Source: Macrostomum lignano | Taxonomy: Eukaryota | Direction of reading: 5' to 3' | DNA length: 64,000 bases | Assembly (NCBI GenBank): GCA_002269645.1 | Contig: NIVC01002483.1 | Coordinates: 62,001-126,000 of the forward strand | Part shown: positions 13,701 to 42,890 of the stretch, piece after piece | Layout of the letters: every line of letters starts with the position of its first letter | Numbering within the stretch: position 1 is the stretch's first letter | Position numbers and translations under genes: made by a program | The notes under the pieces: model-generated | Told to the model about the DNA's origin: nothing | What the model saw: only the letters and a program-made list of their open reading frames with translations | Database searches by the model: none

Positions 13701-16700
13701 CTACCAACCCTTAGCTACCAACCCTCAGCTACCAACCCTCAGCAACCAACCCTCAGCTACCAATCCTTAGCTACCAACCCTCAGCTACCAACCCTTAGCT
13801 ACCAAGCCTCAGCAACCAACCCTCAGCTACCAACCCTCAGCTACCAACCCTCAGCAACCAACCCTCAGCTACCAATTCTCAGCTACAAACCCTCAGCTAC
13901 CAACCCTCAGCTACCAACCCTTAGCTACCAACCCTCAGCTACCAATTCTCAGCTACCAATTCTCAGCTACCAACCCTCAGCTACCAACCCTCAGCTACCA
14001 ACCCTCAGCTACCAACCCTCAGCTACCAACCCTTAGCTACCAACCCTCAGCTACCAACCCTTAACTACCAACCCTCAGCTACCAATTCTCAGCTACCAAT
14101 TCTCAGCTACCAACCCTCAGCTACCAACCCTCAGCTACCAACCCTTAGCTACCAACCTTTAGCTACCAACCCTCAGCTACCAATCCTTAACTACCAACCC
14201 TCAGCTACCAATCCTTAACTACCAATCCTCAGCTACCAACCCTCAGCAACCAACCCTCAGCTACCAACCCTCAGCAACCAACCCTCAGCTACCAATTCTC
14301 AGCTACAAACCCTCAGCTACCAACCCTCAGCTACCAACCCTTAGCTACCAACCCTCAGCTACCAATTCTCAGCTACCAATTCTCAGCTACCAACCCTCAG
14401 CTACCAACCCTCAGCTACCAACCCTCAGCTACCAACCCTCAGCTACCAACCCTTAGCTACCAACCCTCAGCTACCAACCCTTAACTACCAACCCTCAGCT
14501 ACCAATTCTCAGCTACCAATTCTCAGCTACCAACCCTCAGCTACCAACCCTCAGCTACCAACCCTCAGCTACCAACCCTCAGCTACCAACCCTTAGCTAC
14601 CAACCCTCAGCTACCAACTCTCAGCTACCAACCCTCAGCTACCAACCCTCAGCAACCAACACTCAGCTACCAACCCTCAGCTACCAACTCTCAGCTACCA
14701 ATTCTCAGCTACCAACCCTCAGCTACCAACCCTCAGCTACCAACCCTTAGCTACCAACCCTCAGCTACCAACCCTCAGCTACCAACCCTCAGCTACCAAT
14801 TCTCAGCTACCAATTCTCAGCTACCAACCCTCAGCTACCAACCCTCAGCTACCAACCCTCAGCTACCAACCCTCAGCTACCAACCCTCAGCTACCAACCC
14901 TCAGCTACCAACCCTTAGCTACCAACCCTCAGCTACCAATTCTCAGCTACCAACCCTCAGCTACCAACACTCAGCTACCAACACTCAGCTACCAATCCTT
15001 AACTACCAACCCTCAGCTACCAACCCTTAGCTACCAACCCTTAGCTACCAGCCCTCAGCTACCAACCCTCAGCAACCAACCCTCAGCTACCAATCCTTAG
15101 CTACCAACCCTCAGCTACCAACCCTTAGCTACCAACCCTCAGCTACCAACCCTCAGCTACCAACCCTCAGCTACCAACCCTCAGCTACCAATCCTTAACT
15201 ACCAACCCTCAGCTACCAATCCTTAACTACCAATCCTCAGCTACCAACCCTCAGCAACCAACCCTCAGCTACCAACCCTCAGCTACCAACCCTCAGCTAC
15301 CAACCCTCAGCTACCAACCCTTAGCTACCAACCCTCAGCTACCAATTCTCAGCTACCAATTCTCAGCTACCAATTCTCAGCTACCAACCCTCAGCTACCA
15401 ACCCTCAGCTACCAACCCTCAGCAACCAACCCTCAGCTACCAACCCTCAGCTACCAACCCTCAGCAACCAACCCTCAGCTACCAATTCTCAGCTACAAAC
15501 CCTCAGCTACCAACCCTCAGCTACCAACCCTTAGCTACCAACCCTCAGCTACCAATTCTCAGCTACCAACCCTTAGCTACCAACCCTCAGCTACCAACCC
15601 TCAGCTACCAATTCTCAGCTACCAATTCTCAGCTACCAACCCTCAGCTACCAACCCTCAGCTACCAACCCTCAGCTACCAACCCTCAGCTACCAACCCTC
15701 AGCTACCAACCCTCAGCTACCAATCCTTAGCTACCAACCCTCAGCTACCAACCCTCAGCTACCAACCCTCAGCTACCAACCCTTAGCTACCAACCCTCAG
15801 CTACCAACCCTCAGCTACCAACCCTCAGCTACCAACCCTCAGCTACCAACCCTCAGCTACCAACCCTCAGCTACCAACCCTCAGCTACCAACCCTCAGCT
15901 ACCAATTCTCAGCTACCAATTCTCAGCTACCAACCCTCAGCTACCAACCCTCAGCTACCAACCCTCAGCAACCAACCCTCAGCTACCAACCCTCAGCTAC
16001 CAATTCTCAGCTACCAACCCTCAGCTACCAACCCTCAGCTACCAATTCTCAGCTACCAACCCTCAGCTACCAACCCTCAGCTACCAACCCTCAGCTACCA
16101 ACCCTCAGCAACCAACCCTCAGCTACCAACCCTCAGCAACCAACCCTCAGCTACCAACCCTCAGCTACCAATTCTCAGCTACCAACCCTCAGCTACCAAC
16201 CCTCAGCTACCAATTCTCAGCTACCAACCCTCAGCTACCAACCCTCAGCTACCAACCCTCAGCTACCAACCCTCAGCTACCAACCCTCAGCAACCAACCC
16301 TCAGCTACCAATTCTCAGCTACCAATTCTCAGCTACCAATCCTCAGCTGCCAGCTGCCAGTCCGGAGCTCCCAGCCGCCAACAGCACCTGATTATCCTTA
16401 GTCCAAAAGTACTGCCGCTCCGGGAATCGGCCCGGCTTATCAAACAGGCGCTGCCTGATTGGCTGGTCCACGCCGCAGCTCAGGTAGAGCTCTCCCCCGA
16501 CCACGGGCGCGCTCTGGCCCATATAAGCAAACGCAGCCTCCTGCGAAGTGGCTCTAAGACTGTCTCGCATAAACCGTCTCTCGTCTTCGAACAGCTGCTC
16601 CGAGTAGGGACAATGGGCCAGGTGGCACTGGCTTCTCTCCCTGTCCGGCCCGGCGCATGGCCGGCCTCCGTGCAGCTCCATGGGACACTTGCACTGCCGG

Positions 16701-17239
16701 GTCCTGACGCCGACACCGCTGCCGCACGAGGCGTCGCACATTTCAACGTGCGACCATTTGCACCAGGCGCCGTCCAGTGGGCAAGGCGTCGAACGCCGGC
16801 AAGTGACCCGCTTCATGTCAAATCCTGAGCAGGGAATGCCGCCGCCTGCTGGAGTTGGATTGTTGCAGCTGCGTCTGACCTGCATCGATTGGGGAGAATA
16901 ATGGACTGAATACAGGATTGTGGGAGTAGTGGGGTGCTGAATCCGGTAGCTACCTCTCTATGGCCGAGACCGCAGGTGACTGAACATTCGGACGGGGCGC
17001 CCCACTCGCTCCAGCCGCCGTTGATCTTCGGGCAATGCAGACCGACATTGCATACGGTGGCCCGGACGCCGATAGGCCGGCCCTGGCGGCGAAGCTTCGC
17101 CAGAACCCGGCGGTCCCGGCAGGAGCCGCGCTCGGCTGCCGGGTTCTTATGGGAGGAGAGGCCGGCGCAGTGGCGGCGCTGGCTGCGCTGGCGGGCGCCG
17201 CACTCGCCTGCGGTTGATTTGGGTTGAGCAAGAGTAAAG

Positions 17240-17292
<53 letters not shown>

Positions 17293-17375
17293 CATCAATC
17301 AATCAATCAATCAATCAACCAACCAACCAACCAACCAACCAACCAACCAACCAACCAACCAACCAACCAACCAAC

Positions 17376-17408
<33 letters not shown>

Positions 17409-17439
17409 CATCAATAAACTAATCAACCAATCAACCAAC

Positions 17440-17492
<53 letters not shown>

Positions 17493-17563
17493 CATCAATC
17501 AATCAATCAATCAATCAACCAACCAACCAACCAACCAACCAACCAACCAACCAACCAACCAAC

Positions 17564-17600
<37 letters not shown>

Positions 17601-17639
17601 CATCAATAAACTAATCAACCAATCAACCAACCAACCAAC

Positions 17640-17676
<37 letters not shown>

Positions 17677-17707
17677 CATCAATAAACTAATCAACCAATC
17701 AACCAAC

Positions 17708-17800
<93 letters not shown>

Positions 17801-17937
17801 CATCAATCAATCAATCAATCAATCAACCAACCAACCAACCAACCAACCAACCAACCAACCAACCAACCAACCAACCAACCAACCAACCAATAAATAAATA
17901 AATCAATCAAGCAATCAAGCAATCAATCAACCAACCC

Positions 17938-17997
<60 letters not shown>

Positions 17998-18430
17998 ATC
18001 AATCAAATGCCGAATCAATCCAAAATTCAATATCGAACTAGCAATCATTCGTGGAAGCAATCAATTAATGCTATCAAATCAATAAAATTGGCTTACCCGG
18101 CTGGCACTCAGAGAATGCCGACCACTCAGTCCACCAGGGCCGGCATAGCGCCTTCTGGTAGGTGGCCTTGCAGTCTGCTCTTTCAACAGTTGGCGAGCAA
18201 GAATTGCCGGAGTTGCACTGGTCGAAGCTGACGCTCTCCCTGCAGCTGTAGCGGTAGGCCTTGACCCCGGGCGCGCAGTGGCCCGTGTGCCCGGATTCGG
18301 GGCAGCGCCACCACTTAGTTGGCAGGCAGGCCTCAACTGAGCTGGCCGGCTTGGACCAGAAGCTCAATAATAAATTTATGTTTATGAGAAGTTGTATAAT
18401 GTAGGACTTTGTGCTTGAAGGAAGATACAT
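7752..18430 (-). CDS. Type I membrane protein: signal peptide, 3 thrombospondin type-1 repeats, 2 Ig-like domains, TM (~645 aa)
   Basis: Exons 18430-18097, 17207-16954, 16879-16388, 9528-9248, 8328-7752; all GT-AG and phase-consistent, sum 1938 nt. TSP1 motifs [39 protein letters not shown]. Ig motifs LSC...YFWTKDNQ...DAGLYQL and LTC...IHW...[28 protein letters not shown]. The last acceptor (8328) was chosen by phase. Confidence 0.85.
8395..9215. repeat. 25-bp CT-rich minisatellite (TATCTGTTCCCTGTCTCTCTGCCTC) grading into TATCTCCCCCTGTCTCTACTGCCTC
   Basis: Fills the last intron of the TSP1-Ig gene. Confidence 0.95.
9613..16346. repeat. 14-bp satellite (CTACCAACCCTCAG) x481
   Basis: 6734 bp = 481 x 14, with unit phase identical at both ends; occupies ~98% of intron 9529-16387. 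Confidence 0.98.
17241..18006. repeat. Compound (AATC)n/(AACC)n microsatellite
   Basis: Direct inspection; intron 1 of the TSP1-Ig gene. Confidence 0.95.
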
Positions 18431-19366
18431 GTTGGGCAGTTAAACTTTAAAATCTGAATATTAATTGTCATATTTTTTACCGGCGTTCTATTTTCGTTGT
18501 GGTCAGCCCACTTTCTGTCATAGATAGAAACAACTATATTATATAGATTCAGTTTTTAGCTGCTGGACTTCTAAAAAACATCTGGATTGAAAGTACAAAT
18601 GTTATTTTGTTCGAAAATCGACTGAATTTGGGGCTTCCAATCTGTTACATTATGAAGTCCGTAAACGCTTGCTATTACTGATAAGTAGGTTGAAACGAAT
18701 CTGATTTTTTTATTTAAGCTACCGATGAAATAAATAGAGATAAGATTGCAACTGAGAAATTGATATATTGATAAACTGAGAAAATAGGGGATTCTAAAAT
18801 GGGGCATTGTTATATTGTGAAGAGGCTCTCTGGAAGAGAGGATTAAGATCTGCGACCGGGTATAGCTGGGGATATTTTGAAGCTTTATAAAAACAAGGCC
18901 CTTGTGGTTCTAGTTGGGCAATTTCCTTAATTGAAAATAAGCGCAAACAGATTATTTTTAGGCTCCAGGATGGTCTTCGGTGTTTTTGATGCGTTTTTGT
19001 CATAGTTTTATTTGATATGGTTATTTTTAATTGCTTGGCGATGCCGTCTCTGACTGTGGTATGTATCCAACCTTAAGCAGATGCTGCTCCATATCTTTTT
19101 TTCAGAAAGGAAAATTCGAAGGCAAGAAGGCTGTAATTTCCGGGCAATTTTGTGATTTTCTGTGAGCTGGATTTTCTTCTTTCCATAAAAAATTGCAGCT
19201 GTGAGCATCTAGACTGATCGGATTTCACTTCCTCCGTTTGGTTTTTACGCATTTCTTGGCCTATCTAAGTCTGCCTGTCTGCCTGTATGGCAGTAATTTT
19301 TTAGTCTTTAAAAATCAAGCAGACACTTTGGTGGAAATAATGTTATAAATACGAAGTATAAAGCAC

Positions 19367-20399
19367 CAGTGGCGTAGTCAGGAATTTCAATTGGGGGGGG
19401 GGGGCGGGTTGGCATGACTGGCCATGCTTTATGCCATTGCCACTTTTGGCACTCATTTTGGCGCCGCGGCCACAGGCACTCAATTGCCTCATGTAGGGAT
19501 GCCAACCAGTTTTAAAACCGGTTTTTAGCAGGAAAACCGGTTTTTTTGTCCGGTTTTTTGACGGTTTTTAATGGGTTTTTAATTTTAATTATGCCTCACA
19601 ATTTTTGCACTTTGGAGAAAACAATAACTGCTAACATAATTTTTCTAAATCGTTACTTTGTAACTTCATAATCGTAAATCGTATTCGTAAGTAATCATAG
19701 ATTCGTAATGATTCGTAATCGTAATCGTTAATCGAACCAAGAATAGTTTGTTTTCATTTTTCTAAGAAAGGTCAATGATTACAAATTTACAAATTTACAA
19801 TGAATCAATGTCAATAGTCAATGAACATTGATTGATTCATGAATCTTGATGATTGTATTATGTTTGTTTGTGTATTGTGTACAGTAAATGTATGCATCAA
19901 TGCATATATACACTGTGTAATTTATCATCATTATATCATTATCGTTTCATTCATAATTTCATACACTTATTACTACAGATTACTATTTTGATTGACTTGA
20001 GCCTTAAGGCAATATGTGATATGAGTCTGTGACGACAACCCCATAAAGTCGCGGCATGCATGCATCACAATCACAAGTTCACAAACAAGTGAATCGTTTT
20101 AAGTTTAAACTTTAAAATGTTCGCACAATCTTGTTATTCACAATTCACAAAACATCGTTATCGTTATCATTATCGAATTCACGATTGTATATAAGTTCTA
20201 TGCTTATTTAGTGCTTTTTAAAAACTTTAAAAACCGGTTTTCTTATAAAAGGAGGTTTTCAAACCGGTTAACCGGTTCTCAAAATGCCGGTTTTTGGCAT
20301 CTCTAGCCTCATGGTTTTTGGTACCCGCCGCGCCCAACCCCACCCCTAGGCGATTGGGGGGGGGCCGCGGCCCCCCCGGCCCCCCTGGCTACGCCACTG
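19367..20399. mobile_element. Non-autonomous hAT-type MITE (outer, 213 bp when empty) carrying a nested insertion
   Basis: TIRs CAGTGGCGTAGTCAGG / CCTGGCTACGCCACTG (15/16); exact 8-bp TSD TAAAGCAC at 19359-19366 and 20400-20407. Confidence 0.9.
19494..20305. mobile_element. Non-autonomous hAT-type element (inner, 812 bp)
   Basis: TIRs TAGGGATGCCAA / TTGGCATCTCTA (Ac-like TAGGGATG end); exact 8-bp TSD GCCTCATG at 19486-19493 and 20306-20313; multiple subterminal AAACCGGTT motifs at both ends; no ORF. Confidence 0.9.
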
Positions 20400-20514
20400 T
20401 AAAGCACACCTTTAAATTGCTGATTTTTGTAAAGCGAGGAAAGGAAAAGGGATAGGGATTCGCTGGGCAATTAAAAGTGAGTTAGACGTAAGGGAATTAT
20501 TATGGACTGTAAAC

Positions 20515-20810
20515 AGTGTGGGGTAGGAAAGTGGCGTGGATAGCTGGGTTTGGTTAGCCGGCCTGCGAGAAAATCGATAGACTTCACTTAACTCGGCCAA
20601 CAGGGCTGCAAATTGGTGGCAATGAATTAAGTGATCTACTGGGGTAAGAAAAGTGGGGTGGGTAGCTGGGTGGGGTTGGCCGGCCAGCGAGAAAATCGAT
20701 AGACTTCACTTACTTAAACAAACACGCGGCCAAGCCAGAGTTAAAATGATCTGGGGTTGGGGGTTAGAAAAGTGGGTGGTGTTGACTAGCTAGAAAATCG
20801 ATTAGTTTCC
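20515..20810. repeat. Diverged ~120-bp direct repeats (2.5 copies)
   Basis: GCGAGAAAATCGATAGACTTCACTTA occurs twice, ~120 bp apart, with a partial third copy. Confidence 0.7.
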
Positions 20811-21737
20811 CTCACCCAACCCCGTCAGGCGATTGGCGAGGAAGGTTGTAAGAAAACAGCAAAATAAGGTTGTTTCGGTTAAATAAATAGCGAGAAGAAT
20901 GCGAATCATAAAAGTAAATAGGTTTCGCCCATCTCCAGAAATGATAAAAAACAAAAGTACAAGCGAGTTTAATTGATTGTGTCAATTTAATTGTGTCAGT
21001 TCTAGGACGTACAGAGTTAGTCTCGGTCAACAACATTCAGCCACAGTTAAGTTTATTAGTTAATTTTTACACAACGGCGGGAGTCACAAATTAAAATCTA
21101 ATATTGATACTTCTAATATGTTGTACGTTCATGCGATTAAAGTTATCTATGTAGTTTGCATACGAGTATTTGAAGTAAAAATAGTATATGTATATCAACT
21201 ATACAACGCAGCAGATCTATCGAATAATAGCTGCTTTACTTGCAAGCTCAGTCCAAGAAAGCAGTCAAATCTTAGAAACTTCCCAACACATTACTGAACT
21301 GCAATTTGCAATATTTGGGATCTTGAAATTTCGGACACAAAAGCAAATAAGTAGGTATATATTTTTATCACTATTTGTTGCAACCTTTACTGTACTAATA
21401 CCAGAGAGAATCAGAAAAAAACAAAATAATGAATAATATGTCTGCTTAAGCATCGGAAACTCCACAAGACAACGCGGGACGTGACAAGAGATCATGCAAA
21501 TTTCAAAACGCAAAGGATGGGCGCAAGTCAGTGGTACAGGTACTCTGTACAGTGGATATGAGAAATAAGCTACATGAGATCGATGGTCTGTAGTGCATCT
21601 TTTGGGCAAATGTTTTTGGTGCTTTTTGGCCAATATAATTAAGTTCGCTGCTTAGCTGCTTTGGCCTATCTCTAGATTGGCCCACTCGCAATAGATCAGT
21701 ATGTCAGCCGAAGCTCGGTTAGCGTGTCCACAGGTCA

Positions 21738-22187
21738 GCATGTCCAACCCAGCTAGATCAGCATGTCCACCCCAGCTAGATCGGCATGTCCATCCCAGCT
21801 AGATCGGCATGTCCACCCCAGCTAGATCGGCATGTCCACCCCAGCTAGATCGGCATGTCCACCCCAGCTAGATCGGCATGTCCACCCCAGCTAGATCGGC
21901 ATGTCCACCCCAGCTAGATCGGCATGTCCACCCCAGCTAGATCGGCATGTCCACCCCAGCTAGATCGGCATGTCCACCCAGCTAGATCGGCATGTCCACC
22001 CCAGCTAGATCAGCATGTCCACCCCAGCTAGATCGGCATGTCCACCCCAGCTAGATCGGCATGTCCACCCCAGCTAGATCGGCATGTCCACCCAGCTAGA
22101 TCGGCATGTCCACCCCAGCTAGATCAGCATGTCCACCCCAGCTAGATCGGCATGTCCACCCCAGCTAGATCGGCATGTCCACCCCAG

Positions 22188-22195
<8 letters not shown>
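21738..22195. repeat. 23-bp minisatellite (CATGTCCACCCCAGCTAGATCGG), ~20 copies
   Basis: Begins at the stop codon of the lectin-TM gene and extends into its presumed 3' UTR. Confidence 0.95.
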
Positions 22196-38216
<16,021 letters not shown>

Positions 38217-39065
38217 AGAGGAGAGCGTGTTGCATATCGCTTTCTGGGGATGCTTAGCGGTCTTGAGTGAGAAAAAATGTGGAGATAGAGTCATACAGGG
38301 TTGGGTACTGAGGGCGAGCTAGGGCTGTCAGTAGTAGCAGAGGTGAAACACGGGAGGACACATACGCATTTCGAGTCAGGTCCTGTCAAAAGTGTCTAAT
38401 AAAGCCGGATGAAATCCCCACTATAAAGTTATATCTTTATAAATCCCGAACAGCCAGTTGCGGAAATGTCACATCCCATCCCACATTTCGCGGGGCTCCA
38501 CGGCAATAAAATTGGCACAATTCAGCCCAAGAATAACGCAGTGTCCCACATTGGTTAGGGTGTTTACAATAGGCCCGCATAGATATGACGGAGGCAGTTC
38601 TATACCAACACAGAAGCTTCTTCTTTTGCTCCTTAGTCTTCTTTAGTATAGAAGTGAATGGCAATAAACCGCTGCAGGTTGGGGTAGCTCGGGCCATGGG
38701 AACTATATAAGATTAAGCTGGCATAGAAAGTATTAGGAGAGAGAGAGTGGAAGACAACAGAATTCTGCGATGGCGTTGTGGCCTGGTCGTCCCCTCTCCA
38801 GCGAGGTGGTATTTGCGTTCGATATCACGGCTTCCGAGCGCCCATTGCAAGGGCCTCCTCCTGACCAAGCATCATTAAATCCGGCCAACCAGCGCACAAA
38901 TAACTTTTGCTTTAACCCGAATCCGCTAAAGGAGCAGACGATTCTGCTTCACTGTTGCAAAATAAATATTCTAATAGTATTAACACTTGAGGTTCAGGAA
39001 ATATTAACCATCCAATCATCAGCGCGATAGTTAGCAGTCACTGCTGTTCCTTAGTCATTGAGTCA

Positions 39066-40032
39066 GCAATCCATCTTTTATTTCCTATACTCATTGACTA
39101 GATTAGCAATCCATATTTTATTTCCTATACTCATTGACTAGATTAGCAATCCATATTTTATTTCCTATACTCATTGACTAGATTAGCAATCCATCTTTTA
39201 TTTCCTATACTCATTGACTAGATTAGCAATCCATATTTTATTTCCTATACTCATTGACTAGATTAGCAATCCATATTTTTTTCCTATACTCATTGACTAG
39301 ATTAGCAATCCATCTTTTATTTCCTATACTCATTGACTAGATTAGCAATCCATCTTTTATTTCCTATACTCATTGACTAGATTAGCAATCCATCTTTTAT
39401 TTCCTATACTCTTGACTAGATTAGCAATCCACCTCTATTTCTATACTCTTGACTAGATTAGCAATCCACCTCTATTTCTATACTCTTGACTAGATTAGCA
39501 ATCCACCTCTATTTCTATACTCTTGACTAGATTAGCAATCCATCTCTATTTCTATACTCTTGACTAGATTAGCAATCCATCTCTATTTCTATACTCTTGA
39601 CTAGATTAGCAATCCATCTCTATTTCTATACTCTTGACTAGATTAGCAATCCATCTCTATTTCTATACTCTTGACTAGATTAGCAATCCATCTCTATTTC
39701 TATACTCTTGACTAGATTAGCAATCCACCTCTATTTCTATACTCTTGACTAGATTAGCAATCCACCTCTATTTCTATACTCTTGACTAGATTAGCAATCC
39801 ATCTCTATTTCTATACTCTTGACTAGATTAGCAATCCACCTCTATTTCTATACTCTTGACTAGATTAGCAATCCACCTCTATTTCTATACTCTTGACTAG
39901 ATTAGCAATCCACCTCTATTTCTATACTCTTGACTAGATTAGCAATCCACCTCTATTTCTATACTCTTGACTAGATTAGCAATCCACCTCTATTTCTATA
40001 CTCTTGACTAGATTAGCAATCCACCTCTATTC
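39066..40032. repeat. Bipartite minisatellite: 40-bp units switching to 37-bp units
   Basis: GCAATCC recurs every 40 bp to ~39385, then every 37 bp from 39424. Confidence 0.95.
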
Positions 40033-40549
40033 ATATGCCCAGTCTATTACTGTATACACCGAGCTTATTGTTTTTATGTAATTTTGAAACAACTAAAGCC
40101 ATTTTACCCAGATACCTTTGCTGTATTATATTAAATGCATACGAGCGTACAAAAGCAGGCATTACCAAAAGTCTCTAAACAAAATCAAGCCAAAAAGAAG
40201 CGGGTATTAAACGAGCATTTCAGTTGGTTCTCACGCCTGCACTCCAAGTGAGTAGCGAGATTCTCAGGTAAAATGGAATTACAGGCATTACTTACAAAAT
40301 ACATGATGTGCATATGGCACAGAATTTTACATCTAATATTCACAATGTCCACCACTGACCACCAAACGTTAATAAAACCTATTAGACTATTTTAAAACCC
40401 TAACCTACTTGACACACATTAACCAACCAGTCAATCAGTCAACATCAAGTCACACAAATCATGGTCACAATTTCACCCATCAGCCACATATTCACTCACA
40501 GAGTCACAAATTCATCTACACAAGTAGCAAATTCACCCACACTAATCCT

Positions 40550-40900
40550 ACATTCACCCACACACCAATCCTAAATTCACCCACACACCAATCCTGCATT
40601 CACCCACACCAATCCTGCATTCACCCACACCAATCCTACATTCACCCACACCAATCCTGCATTCACCCACACCAATCCTGCATTCACCCACACCAATCCT
40701 ACATTCACCCACACCAATCCTGCATTCACCCACACCAATCCTGCATTCACCCACACCAATCCTACATTCACCCACACCAATCCTGCATTCACCCACACCA
40801 ATCCTACATTCACCCACACCAATCCTACATTCACCCACACCAATCCTACATTCACCTACACCAATCCTACATTCACCCACACCAATCCTACATTCACCCA
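40550..40900. repeat. 21-bp minisatellite (CATTCACCCACACCAATCCT[G/A])
   Basis: About 16 copies. Confidence 0.95.
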
Positions 40901-40910
40901 AGCCGCTCAC

Positions 40911-41124
40911 CCTTATACAGCGCCAGCCTGTCCAGAAATATTCGACTGCGCATCGAGCCGGCCGTCTCGGCTCCGGCAGCGCTGGCGGCCACCAGCAGGC
41001 CATTCACGGTGGCCAGCAGCAAGTACAACAGCAGCGGCAGCAGGCAGCAGGTGGTCAGCCGGCAGCCGCCGATGCGACACCGTCTGCCGTCAGACGACTC
41101 CGACGTTACGGGATTTCTCCCCAT
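40911..41124 (-). CDS. Candidate signal-peptide first exon, probably an alternative or true 5' exon of the EVA-1-like gene
   Basis: ATG 41124; MGRN...LTTCCLLPLLLYLLLATVNGLLVAASAAG...DRLALYK; strong donor G|GTGAGC in phase 1, matching acceptor 34897. Confidence 0.55.
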
Positions 41125-41564
41125 AGTTGATCCGTGAAGGAGACTGACAAGAAATGCTTTGCAGTGTGTTCCAACTAGCAGCATGCAAAACTGTTCTGTA
41201 GCACTTGGCTTGTTTTTCTATATGGCCTTTCCTATAGAGCGGAGGCGAGTGACGGCTAGCTGCGATTGGCCCAGGCAGTCGGCAGCGAATAACGCAAGGC
41301 TAATTGAGAACTGCTAAATCATTTTGCGCTTGTGCAGTCTGCCTGCTCAGTGCTGCAATAGCTGCGCTTGATAGGGGCGCTTGGTTAGCTGATGTTGCAC
41401 GTCAGTTTTGGTCGAAATATGAGCATCTATATAGATATAGTCAGACAGATTGATACAGGAAGGTGAGAAAACATGCAATGATAAACTAAAATGCTGCTGC
41501 AGATACAGGGATAATGACAGACGGATACAAAAACAGACGAAAGTCAGAAAGACAGACATGGGCA

Positions 41565-42890
41565 GACACAGACAGACACAAACAGACTCATAGACTGGCA
41601 GGCAGACTTAAATTCTTACACCAAGACAGACAGACACACAGAGACTCACACAGACACACACAGACTCACACAGACACAAACAGACTCAAACAGACTCACT
41701 CAGACTCACACAGACTCAAACAGACTCACACAGACTCAAACAGACTCACGCAGACTCACACAGACTCACTCACACAGACACACACAGACTCACACAGACA
41801 CACACAGACAGACACACAGAGACACACAGGCACAAACAGACACACACAGACAGACACACAGAGACAGACGGGCACACACAAGCACAGACAGACAGACAGA
41901 CACAGACACACACAGACAGACACAGACACATACAGACAGACACAGGCACACACAGACAGACACACGCACACACAGACAGACACAGGCACACACAGACAGA
42001 CACACGCACACACAGGCAGACACAGGCACACACAGACAGACACAGGCACACACAGGCAGACACAGGCACACACAGACAGACACACGCACACACAGGCAGA
42101 CACAGGCACACACAGACAGACACAGGCACACACAGACAGACACACGCACACACAGACAGACACAGGCACACACAGACAGACACACGCACACACAGGCAGA
42201 CACAGGCACACACAGACAGACACAGGCACACACAGACAGACAGACACAGACAGACACAGGCACACACAGATAGACACACGCACACACAGGCAGACACAGG
42301 CACACACAGACAGACACACGCACACACAGGCAGACACAGGCACACACAGACAGACACAGGCACACACAGGCAGACACAGGCACACACAGACAGACACACG
42401 CACACACAGGCAGACACAGGCACACACAGACAGACACACGCACACACAGGCAGACACAGGCACACACAGACAGACACAGGCACACACAGGCAGACACAGG
42501 CACACACAGACAGACACACGCACACACAGGCAGACACAGGCACACACAGACAGACACAGGCACACACAGACAGACAGACACAGACAGACACAGGCACACA
42601 CAGATAGACAGACACAGACACACACACAGATAGACAGACACAGACACACAAACAGATAGACACAGACAGACACAGATAGACACAGGCACACACAGATAGA
42701 CAGACACAGACACACACACAGATAGACACAGGCACACACATGCAGACAGACAGACACAGACAGACACAGATAGCTATATACATAGACACAGACAGGCACA
42801 CATAGACACACACAAAGACACACACACAGACAGACAGGCACAGACAGACACAGACAGACACAGATAGGCATAGACACAGAACAGACACAC
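41565..42890. repeat. CA/GACA-rich compound array (CACACAGACAGACACAGGCA)
   Basis: Direct inspection. Confidence 0.93.

Noticed and set aside
9613-16346. Telomere-like AACCCT within the 14-mer
   Set aside because: Only one hexamer per unit and no (TTAGGG)n runs; not an interstitial telomere
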